A DNA stretch of 64,000 nucleotides from Lachnospiraceae bacterium (lineage in GTDB: Bacteria > Bacillota > Clostridia > Lachnospirales > Lachnospiraceae), in the NCBI GenBank assembly GCA_015057425.1, contig SVEL01000011.1, positions 5,518 to 69,517 on the forward strand, in the 5' to 3' direction. The notes beneath the pieces are model-generated. The model had not been told where the DNA came from and searched no databases. It was given only the letters and a program-made list of their open reading frames with translations. A program made the translations under genes and the position numbers. Each line of letters opens with the position of its first letter. Position 1 is the stretch's first letter. Shown in pieces: positions 47,901 to 57,267 of the stretch.

Positions 47901-48108
47901 AGAGCGTGAATTAAGTAACGCATATATCGATGTTGTTATTAATGGTACAACATTAAGAACAGCATTAGATTCCGCTGTTAAGCGAATTGATAGAGAAACT
48001 AAACGTAAGTTACAGGAGTTTGGCTATCTTGATGAAAGTGGTAACATTGTAAAAGAATACTCTATACCATCAGTTGAAACGGTTAGAGAAATTATTGGAA
48101 CTAATTAA
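44932..48108 (+). CDS. giant extracellular solute-binding protein: acidic linker, two CBM-like beta-sandwich modules, coiled region, family-1 SBP domain
   Basis: 1058 aa with a signal peptide. The C-terminal ~450 aa look like a sugar ABC SBP. The N-terminal half has two similar modules (GVYVFAMD..., GYYYIGMNY...). Confidence 0.75.
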   Translation: MKRRSITRLLALLLVISVFACDLTVFAETATADESGDKTVAEETTGNDTEDEKSDDASEKDKETDANATEYISDRIDKNYTNISSKYTYSKYTGDVIKYNILDIYKSTVDAEKKVVDSLTTETLNYENADKVVDIGMGDTATFIIDVAQAGVYVFAMDQVCYETDSILAVEMTLKVNGEVPFYECNRLVFESKWKEAEEKVYDKYGNEIVASPSKVVEWSKAYIKDASFRYTTPLLLQLEAGKNEISMKVTEGSIKIGDFYLMGETSVPKYETNHVAEGNFFIQMEAEKPTYKNDSSIRPTCEYDPDLTPYNSKKKVLNILDSASFADSGMSLTYEFTVPADGYYYIGMNYRQSDKVDFPVFTNIYVDGQIPNDQLQGYGIYYAKNFKKTTVKDSNGKKMGIYLTEGTHQVTIELANDKIRECLESFDRVMSEVNDLSLEITKVAGTTTSEYRDIEIKEYIPDIEERLQRWIDEIEESYKYLSQFSNAKNCGTISYLVTAIERLEDLAKDPNDIPYRRGELATDTASVNQDIANTINELNANNLSIDSIYIYQEGGKDQIPGKTNIFVKIWESVVRFIASFGAQSYSTGDADPTHLQVWINRPRQYLEIIQQLVDTTFTPQTGIEVDLCIMPDAQKLILANAAGESPDVAQAIDYTQPFELAVRNALVDLTQFEDYKEVMGWFPEGILVPSVAPSDNEYGAGIYSLPETFYFWVLFYRTDILEKLNIEVPETMADVQTIIPQLKNRGLEFFYPTAGTTGQRSFAMTTPLLYQYGTSLYVATDDEASSKAYYATAINSEDGIAGFEALTELFTIYDIPQECSSFFQHFRNGDVPIGIADYFMYSQLINAAPEIENSWEISLVPGIQQTDAEGKPMYDEEGKPITLNMTAGAAQNSCIMKSDSDVLVTNINGGEDYKREDAAWEYLKWWMSTETQVAFGNNLQITYGKEYIWNSANIEAFQKLSWKSRDKAIIVEAMENIVESPRIPGTYMLERELSNAYIDVVINGTTLRTALDSAVKRIDRETKRKLQEFGYLDESGNIVKEYSIPSVETVREIIGTN

Positions 48109-48129
48109 GGAATAGGAGGAGAAAAAGTT

Positions 48130-49014
48130 ATGAGAACAGATAGAAAAAGTCCATTTTTCTTCTTGATTCCGTATGTAGCGTTGTTTACTGTATTTATTAT
48201 CTTACCTATCCTGGTAGCTATCGGCTTATCATTTACTAACTTTGATGCCGTTCAGACACCATCATTCGTAGGTTTTAAAAACTATATTAACGTAATTACA
48301 CAGGATTCAATTTTCATGCAGTATGTATTGCCAAATACAATAACATATGCGTTAGTAGTTGGTCCTGGCGGATATGCATTATCATTCTTGTTAGCTTGGG
48401 CGATTGCTCAGCTGACAAGAGTACCAAGAATTGTTTTAACACTTATACTTTATTCACCATCACTTACATCAGGTACTGCTATGGCGGTTCTTTGGAAGAT
48501 TATCTTCAGTGGTGACAGTATGGGTTACTTAAATGCCTTCCTTATTAAAGGTGGTATAATCAACCAGCCAATCACTTGGCTTACAAGTGCGGAATTCCTT
48601 CTTCCTATTATGATTATTGTAGGTTTATGGAGTAGTATGGGTGTTGGTTTCCTTGCTATTTTGGCAGGTATTATGAATACTAACGATGAACTTTATGAAG
48701 CCGGCGCTATCGACGGTATCAAGAACAGATTCCAGGAAATGATTTACATAACAGTTCCTACGATGAAGTCACAGATGTTGTTCGCTGCCGTTATGGCAAT
48801 CGTTGGTACATTCAATAACGGTGCTATCGGTGTTGCTCTTTCAGGATCAAACCCTACACCGGGTTATGCAGGACAGTTAATTGTTAACCACATTGATGAC
48901 TATGGATTTATCCGTTATGAAATGGGTTATGCAGCAGCTTGTTCAGTTGTGTTACTTATAATTATTGCATTCTTCTCAAAGGTTTTCTCAAACCTTTTTG
49001 CAGAGAAAGAATAG
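48130..49014 (+). CDS. carbohydrate ABC transporter permease (MalF-like)
   Basis: 294 aa, 6 TM helices, EAA-type loop (YEAGAIDGI). Confidence 0.88.
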   Translation: MRTDRKSPFFFLIPYVALFTVFIILPILVAIGLSFTNFDAVQTPSFVGFKNYINVITQDSIFMQYVLPNTITYALVVGPGGYALSFLLAWAIAQLTRVPRIVLTLILYSPSLTSGTAMAVLWKIIFSGDSMGYLNAFLIKGGIINQPITWLTSAEFLLPIMIIVGLWSSMGVGFLAILAGIMNTNDELYEAGAIDGIKNRFQEMIYITVPTMKSQMLFAAVMAIVGTFNNGAIGVALSGSNPTPGYAGQLIVNHIDDYGFIRYEMGYAAACSVVLLIIIAFFSKVFSNLFAEKE

Positions 49015-49030
49015 AAAGGAGAGCAGAAAA

Positions 49031-49903
49031 ATGGCCGGATACAAAGGTAGTAGAATCAATCCTAGAAATTTCAACAAGGATCAGCTTCCTATATATATAA
49101 TTTTGTTGCCATTGGCAATATTTATGCTCTTCCCACTTGTGTTTATTTTCTGTCATGCATTTAAACCAATGTCAGAGCTGTTTAAGTTCCCACCAAGTTT
49201 CTTTGTAGAGAGACCTGTAATGGACAACTTTGAAAACTTACTTAAATCTGCAAGAAACTCATCAATTCCTATCGGAAGATATATATTCAACAGCTTCCTT
49301 GTTACAATAGCTGTTATTCTTGCAAACATTATTATTTCAACAATGGCTGGATTTGCTCTTTCTAAGATGAAGTTTAAATTAAGAGGACCACTTTTCGCCA
49401 TTAACCAGGCGGCACTTATGTTCGTAGCAACTGCAGTGCAGATTCCAAGATATTTGATTATTTCCAATATTCATATAACGGATACATATTTTGCACATAT
49501 TTTACCGCTGATTGCGGCGCCTACGACATTGTTCCTCATTAAGCAGTTCATTGATGATGTTCCGGATTCGCTTATAGAAGCAGCCGTAGTGGATGGTGCT
49601 AATTCATTTAGAATATATAGCCAGATTATTATTCCACTTATTAAGCCTGCTATTGCAACCGGTGTTATCCTTTCTTTCCAACAGGTATGGGGATACTTGG
49701 AAAGTTCAAACCTTTATACAAATACAGAAAGTATGAAGACTCTTGTATTCTATATGAATACACTTGCAAATGCCAATAACGGTGTTCAGGGTCAGGGTGT
49801 TCAGGCTGCAGCCACACTTATATTATTTGTACCTAACCTTATAATATTCTTATTCCTCCAGAAGGACGTAATGAATACAATGGCACATTCAGGTATCAAA
49901 TAA
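49031..49903 (+). CDS. carbohydrate ABC transporter permease (MalG-like)
   Basis: ATG 49031 follows an AAGGAGAG RBS. EAA loop IEAAVVDGA. Confidence 0.88.
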   Translation: MAGYKGSRINPRNFNKDQLPIYIILLPLAIFMLFPLVFIFCHAFKPMSELFKFPPSFFVERPVMDNFENLLKSARNSSIPIGRYIFNSFLVTIAVILANIIISTMAGFALSKMKFKLRGPLFAINQAALMFVATAVQIPRYLIISNIHITDTYFAHILPLIAAPTTLFLIKQFIDDVPDSLIEAAVVDGANSFRIYSQIIIPLIKPAIATGVILSFQQVWGYLESSNLYTNTESMKTLVFYMNTLANANNGVQGQGVQAAATLILFVPNLIIFLFLQKDVMNTMAHSGIK

Positions 49904-49940
49904 GATTGGCGCGATACTTAAATATATAAAGGAGGATATC

Positions 49941-52067
49941 ATGAGGAAAGTCTTAAATAAATTATCCGCTGTGATTGCCGGAGTTATGGCTCTTCTCGTA
50001 GTTGCACAACCAATTGTGTCAATTGCAGATGTTCCATACAAGACATTCTCACAGAACGGATATGGAGAATATATTCAGTCTCAGACAGCCTATACACCGG
50101 GTGAGACTATTTATAAGATAGTAGATAACGCAACTGATGAAATCTATTATCTTGACGGTGCTAACGATATGATGCTTGCATCAGATGGCCTTATCTACAT
50201 TGCAGATACAGGTAATGACCGTATTTTGGTGTGTGACAAAGATGGTAACTTTGTTAAGAAGATAGATAATGAATCAATTGCACCTGAAGGTACACCTGAA
50301 GATGAAATTGAAAAGATTATTTACAAGCCTGAAGGTTTATATGTTACAGCAGAAGGTGATATATATGTATGTATCCCGCTTCTTTCGAAATATGTAAACT
50401 ATGGTGCTGTTCTTAAGTTCAACAGCGATGGTGAACTTGTAGACAGATATGATAAGCCTGAAAGCTTATTATTTGGTAACGACGCATACAAGCCAAGAAA
50501 ACTTATCGTAGATAACGGTGGTAATATGTATGTAGTATCACAGGGTAACAGTAATGGTATTGTACAGCTTACACAGGATAGTACATTCCTTGGATACTTC
50601 GGTACAGGTGAAGTTTTCTATAATTTTATGGATATTTTCTTAAATCTGGTATTATCAGATGAACAGCTTGCCAGCCGTGCTAAGAGAGTTCCACAGACAA
50701 CAAACAATCTTTGTATAGATAAGAAGGGTATTATCTACACATTGGTTGATGGTACATCAGGACAGACTCTCAAAAAGCTTAATAAAGCCGGTACTAATAT
50801 GCTTGAGCTTGAAGTTATGCCATTCTACGCTACTTCAGTAACAGTTGGTCAGTATGAAAATATTTATGTAGCAACATCAACAGGTTTCATCTATGAATAT
50901 ACTAAGGAAGGTACACTTCTCTTCAGATTTGGTGGTGAAGACTCAACATCAGATTATCGAGTGGGTCTTTTCTCAAAAGCCGGTATTTCAGCAATTGCAG
51001 TAGATGAAAACGATATGCTCTACGTACTTGATTCAAAGGCAAATACAATTAACAAGTTTAATACAACAGAGTTTACGGATTATGTTCACCAGTCGCTTGG
51101 TTATTACCAGAAAGGTGACTATGTAAATACTAAGATTTATCTTGAAGAAATCATTGATATGAACAGTATGTTTGACTATGCTAACCAAGCAATGGGTCTT
51201 ACATTATTCAATGAAGAAAAGTATGAAGAATCAATGGGATATTTCAGACTTGCAAAAGATAAACTTGGATATTCAGATGCATTCTGGGAAATCAGAAATG
51301 TGTGGCTTACAAACAATCTTATCATAGTTATAATAGCGGTTGTTGTTTTATTCTTAATATGGAAAGTATTAAGCACACTCGATAAGAAGAAGAAAATCTT
51401 TGATCCTGTAAGAAAAGTTACAGCAGGTGTAAGAGAAAATCTTATTGTAAGACAGATATTCTTCGGCTTTAGATTTATAAGACATCCTATAGATGGTGCA
51501 TATGAAATTAAGCATTATAAGATGTCATCAAACATAATATCTGCCGGATTGGTTGTTGTATATATGGTTATATTCATTATCAACAAATACTTTGGCGGAT
51601 TCCTTGTAAAGACTGCAAGAGACGGAAGATACAATCTTCTCGGAGATATCGGTATTTTTGTAATTGGTTTCCTTGCAGCAGGTATTGTTACTTATCTTAT
51701 TTGTACAATTAATGATGGTGAAGGCAAGTTTAAAGAAATTCTTGCCGGATATGTATATTCATTTACACCTTATTTGATTATACAGCCTATCTTATTTGTT
51801 ATAGGTATGGGAGTAACAAATAACGAAATGTTTATTATCGAATTTGCTAACCTGATAATGATAAGTTATATACTCATCCTTATGTTCTTGGCAATAAAAG
51901 AAATAAACAACTACACGGTTATGGAAACATTTAAGGTTATATTCCTTACAGTATTCGCTGCGTTCATATTTGCATTGATTATTTTCGTAATTTATGTACT
52001 TGGACAGCAGTTGATGAGTTTCGTAATATCAATCTATGGAGAGGTGGTGTACAGAATTGGCAGATAA
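49941..52067 (+). CDS. NHL-repeat beta-propeller, TPR-like segment and Yip1-type multi-TM domain protein
   Basis: 708 aa. Signal peptide, NHL-type motif IADTGNDRILVCDKDGNF, and a C-terminal ~230 aa with 5 TM helices. Confidence 0.7.
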   Translation: MRKVLNKLSAVIAGVMALLVVAQPIVSIADVPYKTFSQNGYGEYIQSQTAYTPGETIYKIVDNATDEIYYLDGANDMMLASDGLIYIADTGNDRILVCDKDGNFVKKIDNESIAPEGTPEDEIEKIIYKPEGLYVTAEGDIYVCIPLLSKYVNYGAVLKFNSDGELVDRYDKPESLLFGNDAYKPRKLIVDNGGNMYVVSQGNSNGIVQLTQDSTFLGYFGTGEVFYNFMDIFLNLVLSDEQLASRAKRVPQTTNNLCIDKKGIIYTLVDGTSGQTLKKLNKAGTNMLELEVMPFYATSVTVGQYENIYVATSTGFIYEYTKEGTLLFRFGGEDSTSDYRVGLFSKAGISAIAVDENDMLYVLDSKANTINKFNTTEFTDYVHQSLGYYQKGDYVNTKIYLEEIIDMNSMFDYANQAMGLTLFNEEKYEESMGYFRLAKDKLGYSDAFWEIRNVWLTNNLIIVIIAVVVLFLIWKVLSTLDKKKKIFDPVRKVTAGVRENLIVRQIFFGFRFIRHPIDGAYEIKHYKMSSNIISAGLVVVYMVIFIINKYFGGFLVKTARDGRYNLLGDIGIFVIGFLAAGIVTYLICTINDGEGKFKEILAGYVYSFTPYLIIQPILFVIGMGVTNNEMFIIEFANLIMISYILILMFLAIKEINNYTVMETFKVIFLTVFAAFIFALIIFVIYVLGQQLMSFVISIYGEVVYRIGR

Positions 52068-54768
52068 CAAATTAAAAAGACTTATTAGCCTTGGACTTGT
52101 TTGTCTTATGCTTACTCCGGCTATTTCATTTGCAACTGATATCGGAACAGATATAACAGATACAGCTGTTACAGAAGGAACAGATGATGAGAAAAAAGAA
52201 GATGTAGATGGAGGTATTCCTGCTTTACCTGAATTAGACAGATATAAGGAAGCACTTGACCGTGCATCTTTTGATACAAAAGAAGATTTACTTGCTTTCT
52301 ACACAAAATATGAATTTTTGTGTGAATCAACAGATTATGAAATGTATTATGATGCCGAGACTCTTGGTATTATCATCAGAGATAAAGATACCGGGGCTGT
52401 AATGGAATCTGTAATGGATCGTGAAACAGCAGAAGGAAGAAATTATTCTTCAAAAATCAAAGCACCTATGGTAAGTGCAATTGCTATAAGAACAATCACA
52501 GACTTAGGTGAAGTTACACGTAATACAAGAGTTCGTACAAGTGAATGGACAGGATGTGTAGGATATGTAGAAAAGGTAGAAAAGCTTGAAGCCGGCAATG
52601 GATTTAAGGCACATATTGACTACAAGGATTTATTTGTATCATTTGACTTTATAGTATCTCTTGAAGAAGATGGTGTTCATGCTTTAGTGCCACATGATTC
52701 TATTGAATTTAAAGAAGCAAATGTTTGTCTCGGCGATATGTATGTATATGCACTTATGGGATATACAGAACGTGGAGACAGAGATGGATATATGATTATT
52801 CCTGATGGCAACGGAGCTATCGTAGAATACGAAGATTTCATTGAAATAGGAGATTATGAACATGAAATCGAAAGCTGGAAGTTCGGTTCAGGATATTCAC
52901 AGCCGGTATACGGTGATGACTTATCATATAAGTCAAATGTAGCAACATTTTCAGAAGATGCTATCGCAGGTGCAAATGACCCTGAATTTATCTATGCTCC
53001 ATATTGGGGTATGGTACACAGAGATACACAGATGGCATTCCTTGCAGTTGCAGATGATGGTGATGTAAGTATGAATGTTGAAGCTGTATTTAATGGTGTA
53101 AACACAATTCTTGAAAACTATGTAACACCAAGATTTATATACAGAAAGACATACTATGAACCAAAGAACTCAAATGAAGCAGATGGTGTTGAAACACCAC
53201 CTGAAAGAGATTATATCGATGATGTAGCAATTCATTATATGTTTGCAAATGGTAAAGAAGCAGATTATGCAAATCTTGCAGTAGCATATAGAGATAAGCT
53301 TATCAAAGAAGGCGTGCTTAAAGAAAATAATGCAAGCAAAGATGTTCAGGTAAGAGTAGATATGCTTGGTACAGATAAGGAAGACTTCCTTATCTTCAAG
53401 AAAACTGTAACTGCTACGACAGTAGATAATATCAGAACAATTATTGATACACTTACAGATAATGGCGTGTCAAATATGATGGTTATCTATAATGGCTGGC
53501 AGTCAGGCGGTGTATATAATGTACCTGTATCAGAATATAAGGTTGATAGTGCAATCGGCGGTAAAGCTTCACTTAATGCATTAGCATCAGACCTTAAGAA
53601 ACAGGAAGGAATTGATTTCTTCCTCGGACAGGAAACACAGTACATCAACGCAACTAATGTTAAGACAACATTCGATGCAGCAAAGAAAATCACAAAGTTC
53701 ACATACAATGAAACAAGAAGATTTGAAGAAGTGTATAGACAGTTTAGAGTTTTATATCCTGAAATTTCAGAAAGCAATCTTGTAAGCCTTGTAAACGACT
53801 TTGTAGACAATGGTATTGAAAACATTGCAGTTGAAGGTATGCCAAGCAATATCTTCACATACACTAAAAAGAAAGTATTATTTACAAGACAGGATACAAT
53901 TAATTATTACTTAAGTGCATTCAAGACAATCGGTGAAGATATGACAGTAGCCATGAATCAGCCGTTTAAGGTATTCTGGTCAGAGATGGATGCGTTCCTT
54001 GATATGCCACTTGGTCACTCAATGTATAACTACGAGTCAAGTGAAATACCATTCCTTTCAATCGTACTTAACGGAACAATTGATTGTTATTCAGAGTATG
54101 TTAACTTTGAAGCTGACAAGTCAGAGTACTTCCTGAAACTTGCAGCATATGGAGTGAACCCATCATTCCTCCTTACTTATGAGAATCCAAGTATACTTCA
54201 GTATACTAACTCAAATTGGATTTATACATCAGAATATGTTCATTATGTTGATCAGATTGCAACATATTACAAGGAGTTAGGTGAGCTTAAAGGTCTTACA
54301 GAGGGTTCTGTAATTGTTGATTACGAATATGACAATTATATTGGTATTACAACATATGCAAACGGATTACAGGTTTACTGTGATTACAAGAATTACCTTT
54401 TAGCAGCTTTCAAAGATGGAAATATGGTATACGGATATAACCCACAGGAAGAAGTTGACCTTACAGAAGCACAGGCTGCAATTATGAAGACATATGTTGC
54501 TATTGAAAATGGTCAAACAAAAGTAGAAAGTTATATTGGCACAGCAATAGCTAAGACACATACAATTGCTGTTAAGTATAATGAAGTGGGATATTCAAAC
54601 GGCGTGACAGTTTACGATGACTATAACGCAAATATCAGAGCAGTAGCTGAAAACGGTAACTTAGTATATGGTTATAATACAGTTACAGGTGAAGAACTTA
54701 GTCAGGATGAACTTAAAACCTTTGCCGATTCTTTATCAAATGTAAAGGAGGGTGAAGTAAATGAGTAA
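52057..54768 (+). CDS. large secreted protein of unknown function (possibly DUF5696-like)
   Basis: About 900 aa with signal peptide LISLGLVCLMLTPAISFA. The TTG 52057 start after GGAGAGGTGG is a guess. The family name is from memory of similar Firmicutes clusters and is unverified. Confidence 0.6.
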   Translation: MADNKLKRLISLGLVCLMLTPAISFATDIGTDITDTAVTEGTDDEKKEDVDGGIPALPELDRYKEALDRASFDTKEDLLAFYTKYEFLCESTDYEMYYDAETLGIIIRDKDTGAVMESVMDRETAEGRNYSSKIKAPMVSAIAIRTITDLGEVTRNTRVRTSEWTGCVGYVEKVEKLEAGNGFKAHIDYKDLFVSFDFIVSLEEDGVHALVPHDSIEFKEANVCLGDMYVYALMGYTERGDRDGYMIIPDGNGAIVEYEDFIEIGDYEHEIESWKFGSGYSQPVYGDDLSYKSNVATFSEDAIAGANDPEFIYAPYWGMVHRDTQMAFLAVADDGDVSMNVEAVFNGVNTILENYVTPRFIYRKTYYEPKNSNEADGVETPPERDYIDDVAIHYMFANGKEADYANLAVAYRDKLIKEGVLKENNASKDVQVRVDMLGTDKEDFLIFKKTVTATTVDNIRTIIDTLTDNGVSNMMVIYNGWQSGGVYNVPVSEYKVDSAIGGKASLNALASDLKKQEGIDFFLGQETQYINATNVKTTFDAAKKITKFTYNETRRFEEVYRQFRVLYPEISESNLVSLVNDFVDNGIENIAVEGMPSNIFTYTKKKVLFTRQDTINYYLSAFKTIGEDMTVAMNQPFKVFWSEMDAFLDMPLGHSMYNYESSEIPFLSIVLNGTIDCYSEYVNFEADKSEYFLKLAAYGVNPSFLLTYENPSILQYTNSNWIYTSEYVHYVDQIATYYKELGELKGLTEGSVIVDYEYDNYIGITTYANGLQVYCDYKNYLLAAFKDGNMVYGYNPQEEVDLTEAQAAIMKTYVAIENGQTKVESYIGTAIAKTHTIAVKYNEVGYSNGVTVYDDYNANIRAVAENGNLVYGYNTVTGEELSQDELKTFADSLSNVKEGEVNE

Positions 54769-56011
54769 TAAAAATACTGAACAAGAAGTAAATGCTTTAA
54801 ATGAAGCAGTTTTGGAAGAAAATACATCCGAAGAAACTGCAGGTGCAGTTACTGAAAGCAGTGAAACACCTGAAAAAGAAGAAAAGAAGAAAAAGAAACG
54901 TAAGAAAACTTATTCTGTAGATGAACTCATCCAGCATAGTGATGAAATCGTTTATGAAGATGAGTTCCACAGAAAAGTTAAGATTAAAGTAAAAGTTAAA
55001 CAGGGTAAGCTTCTTAAGAGAGAAGCAAGAATGGGATATGTCTTTGTAGCTCCTTGGATTATCGGTGCATTAGTATTTTTACTTGTTCCGGTAGGAATTT
55101 CAATAGCTATGGCGTTCTCACGAGTTATCATTAAAGGTTTGGAATTAAGATTTAACGGCATAGAAAACTTCCAGTACATTTTTGAAAAAGAAAAGTACTT
55201 GTTAACTGAGCTGTTATCCTACCTTGTAGATACGGGAATATCTGTACCGCTTATAGTTGTATTTGCTCTTATTATGGCAATGCTTCTTAATATGAAGATA
55301 CGATTCAGAGGATTATTCAGAGCAATATTCTTCCTTCCTGTTATCGTAGTAAGTGGTCCTGTTATGACAAACATAACAAGTGATACATCACGTGTATCAA
55401 CAGTTGACTTGGAATTTGTACAGCTTTGGCTGGAAAATCTGCTTCCGGTATGGGCAGCAAACCCGATATTTGATGCATTCAGTAATATTATTATGATACT
55501 TTGGTATTCAGGCGTACAGATTCTTATATTCCTTGCAGCCATCCAAAAAATCGATACATCACTGTATGAAGCAGCTAAAATCGATGGTGGTTCAGGATGG
55601 GAATGTTTCTGGAAGATTACACTTCCTACAATTAAACCTATGATACTTTTAAATGCCATTTATACATTGGTATTCATATCACAGAGTAATAACTGGTTTA
55701 TCGATAGAATAACGGTAAAATACATTGAAGATAACTCTAACTATGGTAGAGCATCTGCATTAGCCTGGTTGTATACACTTATTGTTTTGGCTTTGGTAGG
55801 AGTAATCGTGTTACTCTTTATGCCAAAACAGGATCCGTATGTACGACAGGTTAAACGTACAAAACGTCTTGAAAAGAAGACACGTAAGCAGATTGCTAAA
55901 TCGCATAAGAGATCTATCAGAAATGAAAAGAAGTTCCAGAAGCATGTTGAAAAGCAGGCTATGTTACGAGCTAAAGGAAAATTAGTGGAAGGAGGTCGCG
56001 GTGATGAGTAA
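54761..56011 (+). CDS. carbohydrate ABC permease (MalF-like) with long charged N- and C-terminal extensions
   Basis: 416 aa. EAA loop YEAAKIDGG. Lys-rich N-terminus (EKEEKKKKKRKK) and a basic ~60 aa C-terminal tail. Confidence 0.85.
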   Translation: MSNKNTEQEVNALNEAVLEENTSEETAGAVTESSETPEKEEKKKKKRKKTYSVDELIQHSDEIVYEDEFHRKVKIKVKVKQGKLLKREARMGYVFVAPWIIGALVFLLVPVGISIAMAFSRVIIKGLELRFNGIENFQYIFEKEKYLLTELLSYLVDTGISVPLIVVFALIMAMLLNMKIRFRGLFRAIFFLPVIVVSGPVMTNITSDTSRVSTVDLEFVQLWLENLLPVWAANPIFDAFSNIIMILWYSGVQILIFLAAIQKIDTSLYEAAKIDGGSGWECFWKITLPTIKPMILLNAIYTLVFISQSNNWFIDRITVKYIEDNSNYGRASALAWLYTLIVLALVGVIVLLFMPKQDPYVRQVKRTKRLEKKTRKQIAKSHKRSIRNEKKFQKHVEKQAMLRAKGKLVEGGRGDE

Positions 56012-57170
56012 TGAATTAGAAAACAATGTTGCAGAAGAAGCAGTTGTAGAAGAAGCAGTTGCAGAAGAAACAGTTGCAGAAGAAGTTGTTGCACCGAAAC
56101 CTTCAAAAACTAAGGAAAAGAAGGAAAAAGCTCCTAAGATTAAGAAGACAAAAACTCCTTGGTCTAAGGAAAAGTTTATGAAGATACTTATGGGCAGTAA
56201 AGATGACATGGGGCTATTGAAAAAAATAGTAGTTTATGTTATACTTGTATGTGTAGGATTTATCTTCGTGTATCCGATTGCACAGATATTTGCTACAAGT
56301 TTTATGAGTGTTACTGACCTTGCGGATTCTTCAATTAACTGGATTCCTACAAAACTCAGTCTTGATAATTACATCGCAACGATTGGCGTTCTTGATTATT
56401 GGAATGCATTAATAGATAGTATACTTATATCAGGTGTACCGACTATTTGTCAGGTTGTTGTATGTGCTTTAGTAGGATACGGACTTGCAAGATATGACTT
56501 TAAGGGAAAGAAGCTTATGATGCTTATTCTTATCATATCCTTCATCATCCCTACACAGATTATGAATATTCCTATTTTCTGGGTTTATTCACAGCTTAAG
56601 TTGACAGGTTCAATCTTCGCATTTATTATGCCGGCAGCTTTTGCACAGGGATTCAAGAGTCAGCTTTTCATACTTATCTGTTGGTCATTCTTTAAGCAGA
56701 TACCAAAGGTACTTAATGAAGCTGCACAGATTGACGGTGCAGGACATATGAAACAGTTCTACAGAATAGCAATTCCTTCTGCGAAGGGTGCGTTAGTTGT
56801 AGTATTCCTGTTCTCATTTGTATGGTATTGGAATGAAGATTATCTTACAAGACTTTATCTTTATAAGTCAGGTAAGACTATAGGTGACTCTATCTTAAGT
56901 AATTTCCTTCCGGAAGGACTTAAAGATTGGACAACGTGGACACCGGTTATCAACCAGTTGCAGATATTTGATGCAGTATTTAATACAACGGTTACACAGG
57001 GTGCGACTGCACAGGGGCAGTCAGGCGGCTCAAGCGGTGTTCCATCTATCAACGTTGCATATAGTATGGCAGCCACAATATTATCAATAGCACCATTACT
57101 TATTATGTATCTCGTGCTCCAGAAGCAGTTCGTAGAAAGTGTGGATAGAGCAGGTATTACAGGTGAATAA
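56001..57170 (+). CDS. carbohydrate ABC permease (MalG-like) with acidic-repeat/basic N-terminal extension
   Basis: 389 aa. N-terminus EEAVVEEAVAEETVAEEVVAPKPSKTKEKKEKAPKIKK. EAA loop NEAAQIDGA. Confidence 0.85.
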   Translation: MMSNELENNVAEEAVVEEAVAEETVAEEVVAPKPSKTKEKKEKAPKIKKTKTPWSKEKFMKILMGSKDDMGLLKKIVVYVILVCVGFIFVYPIAQIFATSFMSVTDLADSSINWIPTKLSLDNYIATIGVLDYWNALIDSILISGVPTICQVVVCALVGYGLARYDFKGKKLMMLILIISFIIPTQIMNIPIFWVYSQLKLTGSIFAFIMPAAFAQGFKSQLFILICWSFFKQIPKVLNEAAQIDGAGHMKQFYRIAIPSAKGALVVVFLFSFVWYWNEDYLTRLYLYKSGKTIGDSILSNFLPEGLKDWTTWTPVINQLQIFDAVFNTTVTQGATAQGQSGGSSGVPSINVAYSMAATILSIAPLLIMYLVLQKQFVESVDRAGITGE

Positions 57171-57267
57171 TCATTCACAACACAAGGGAATAATCACTGT
57201 GCAGTCTTTGCACAGTGATTCCATATAAATTTAATAAAAAGGGAAAATAGAAAAGGAGGACATTATT

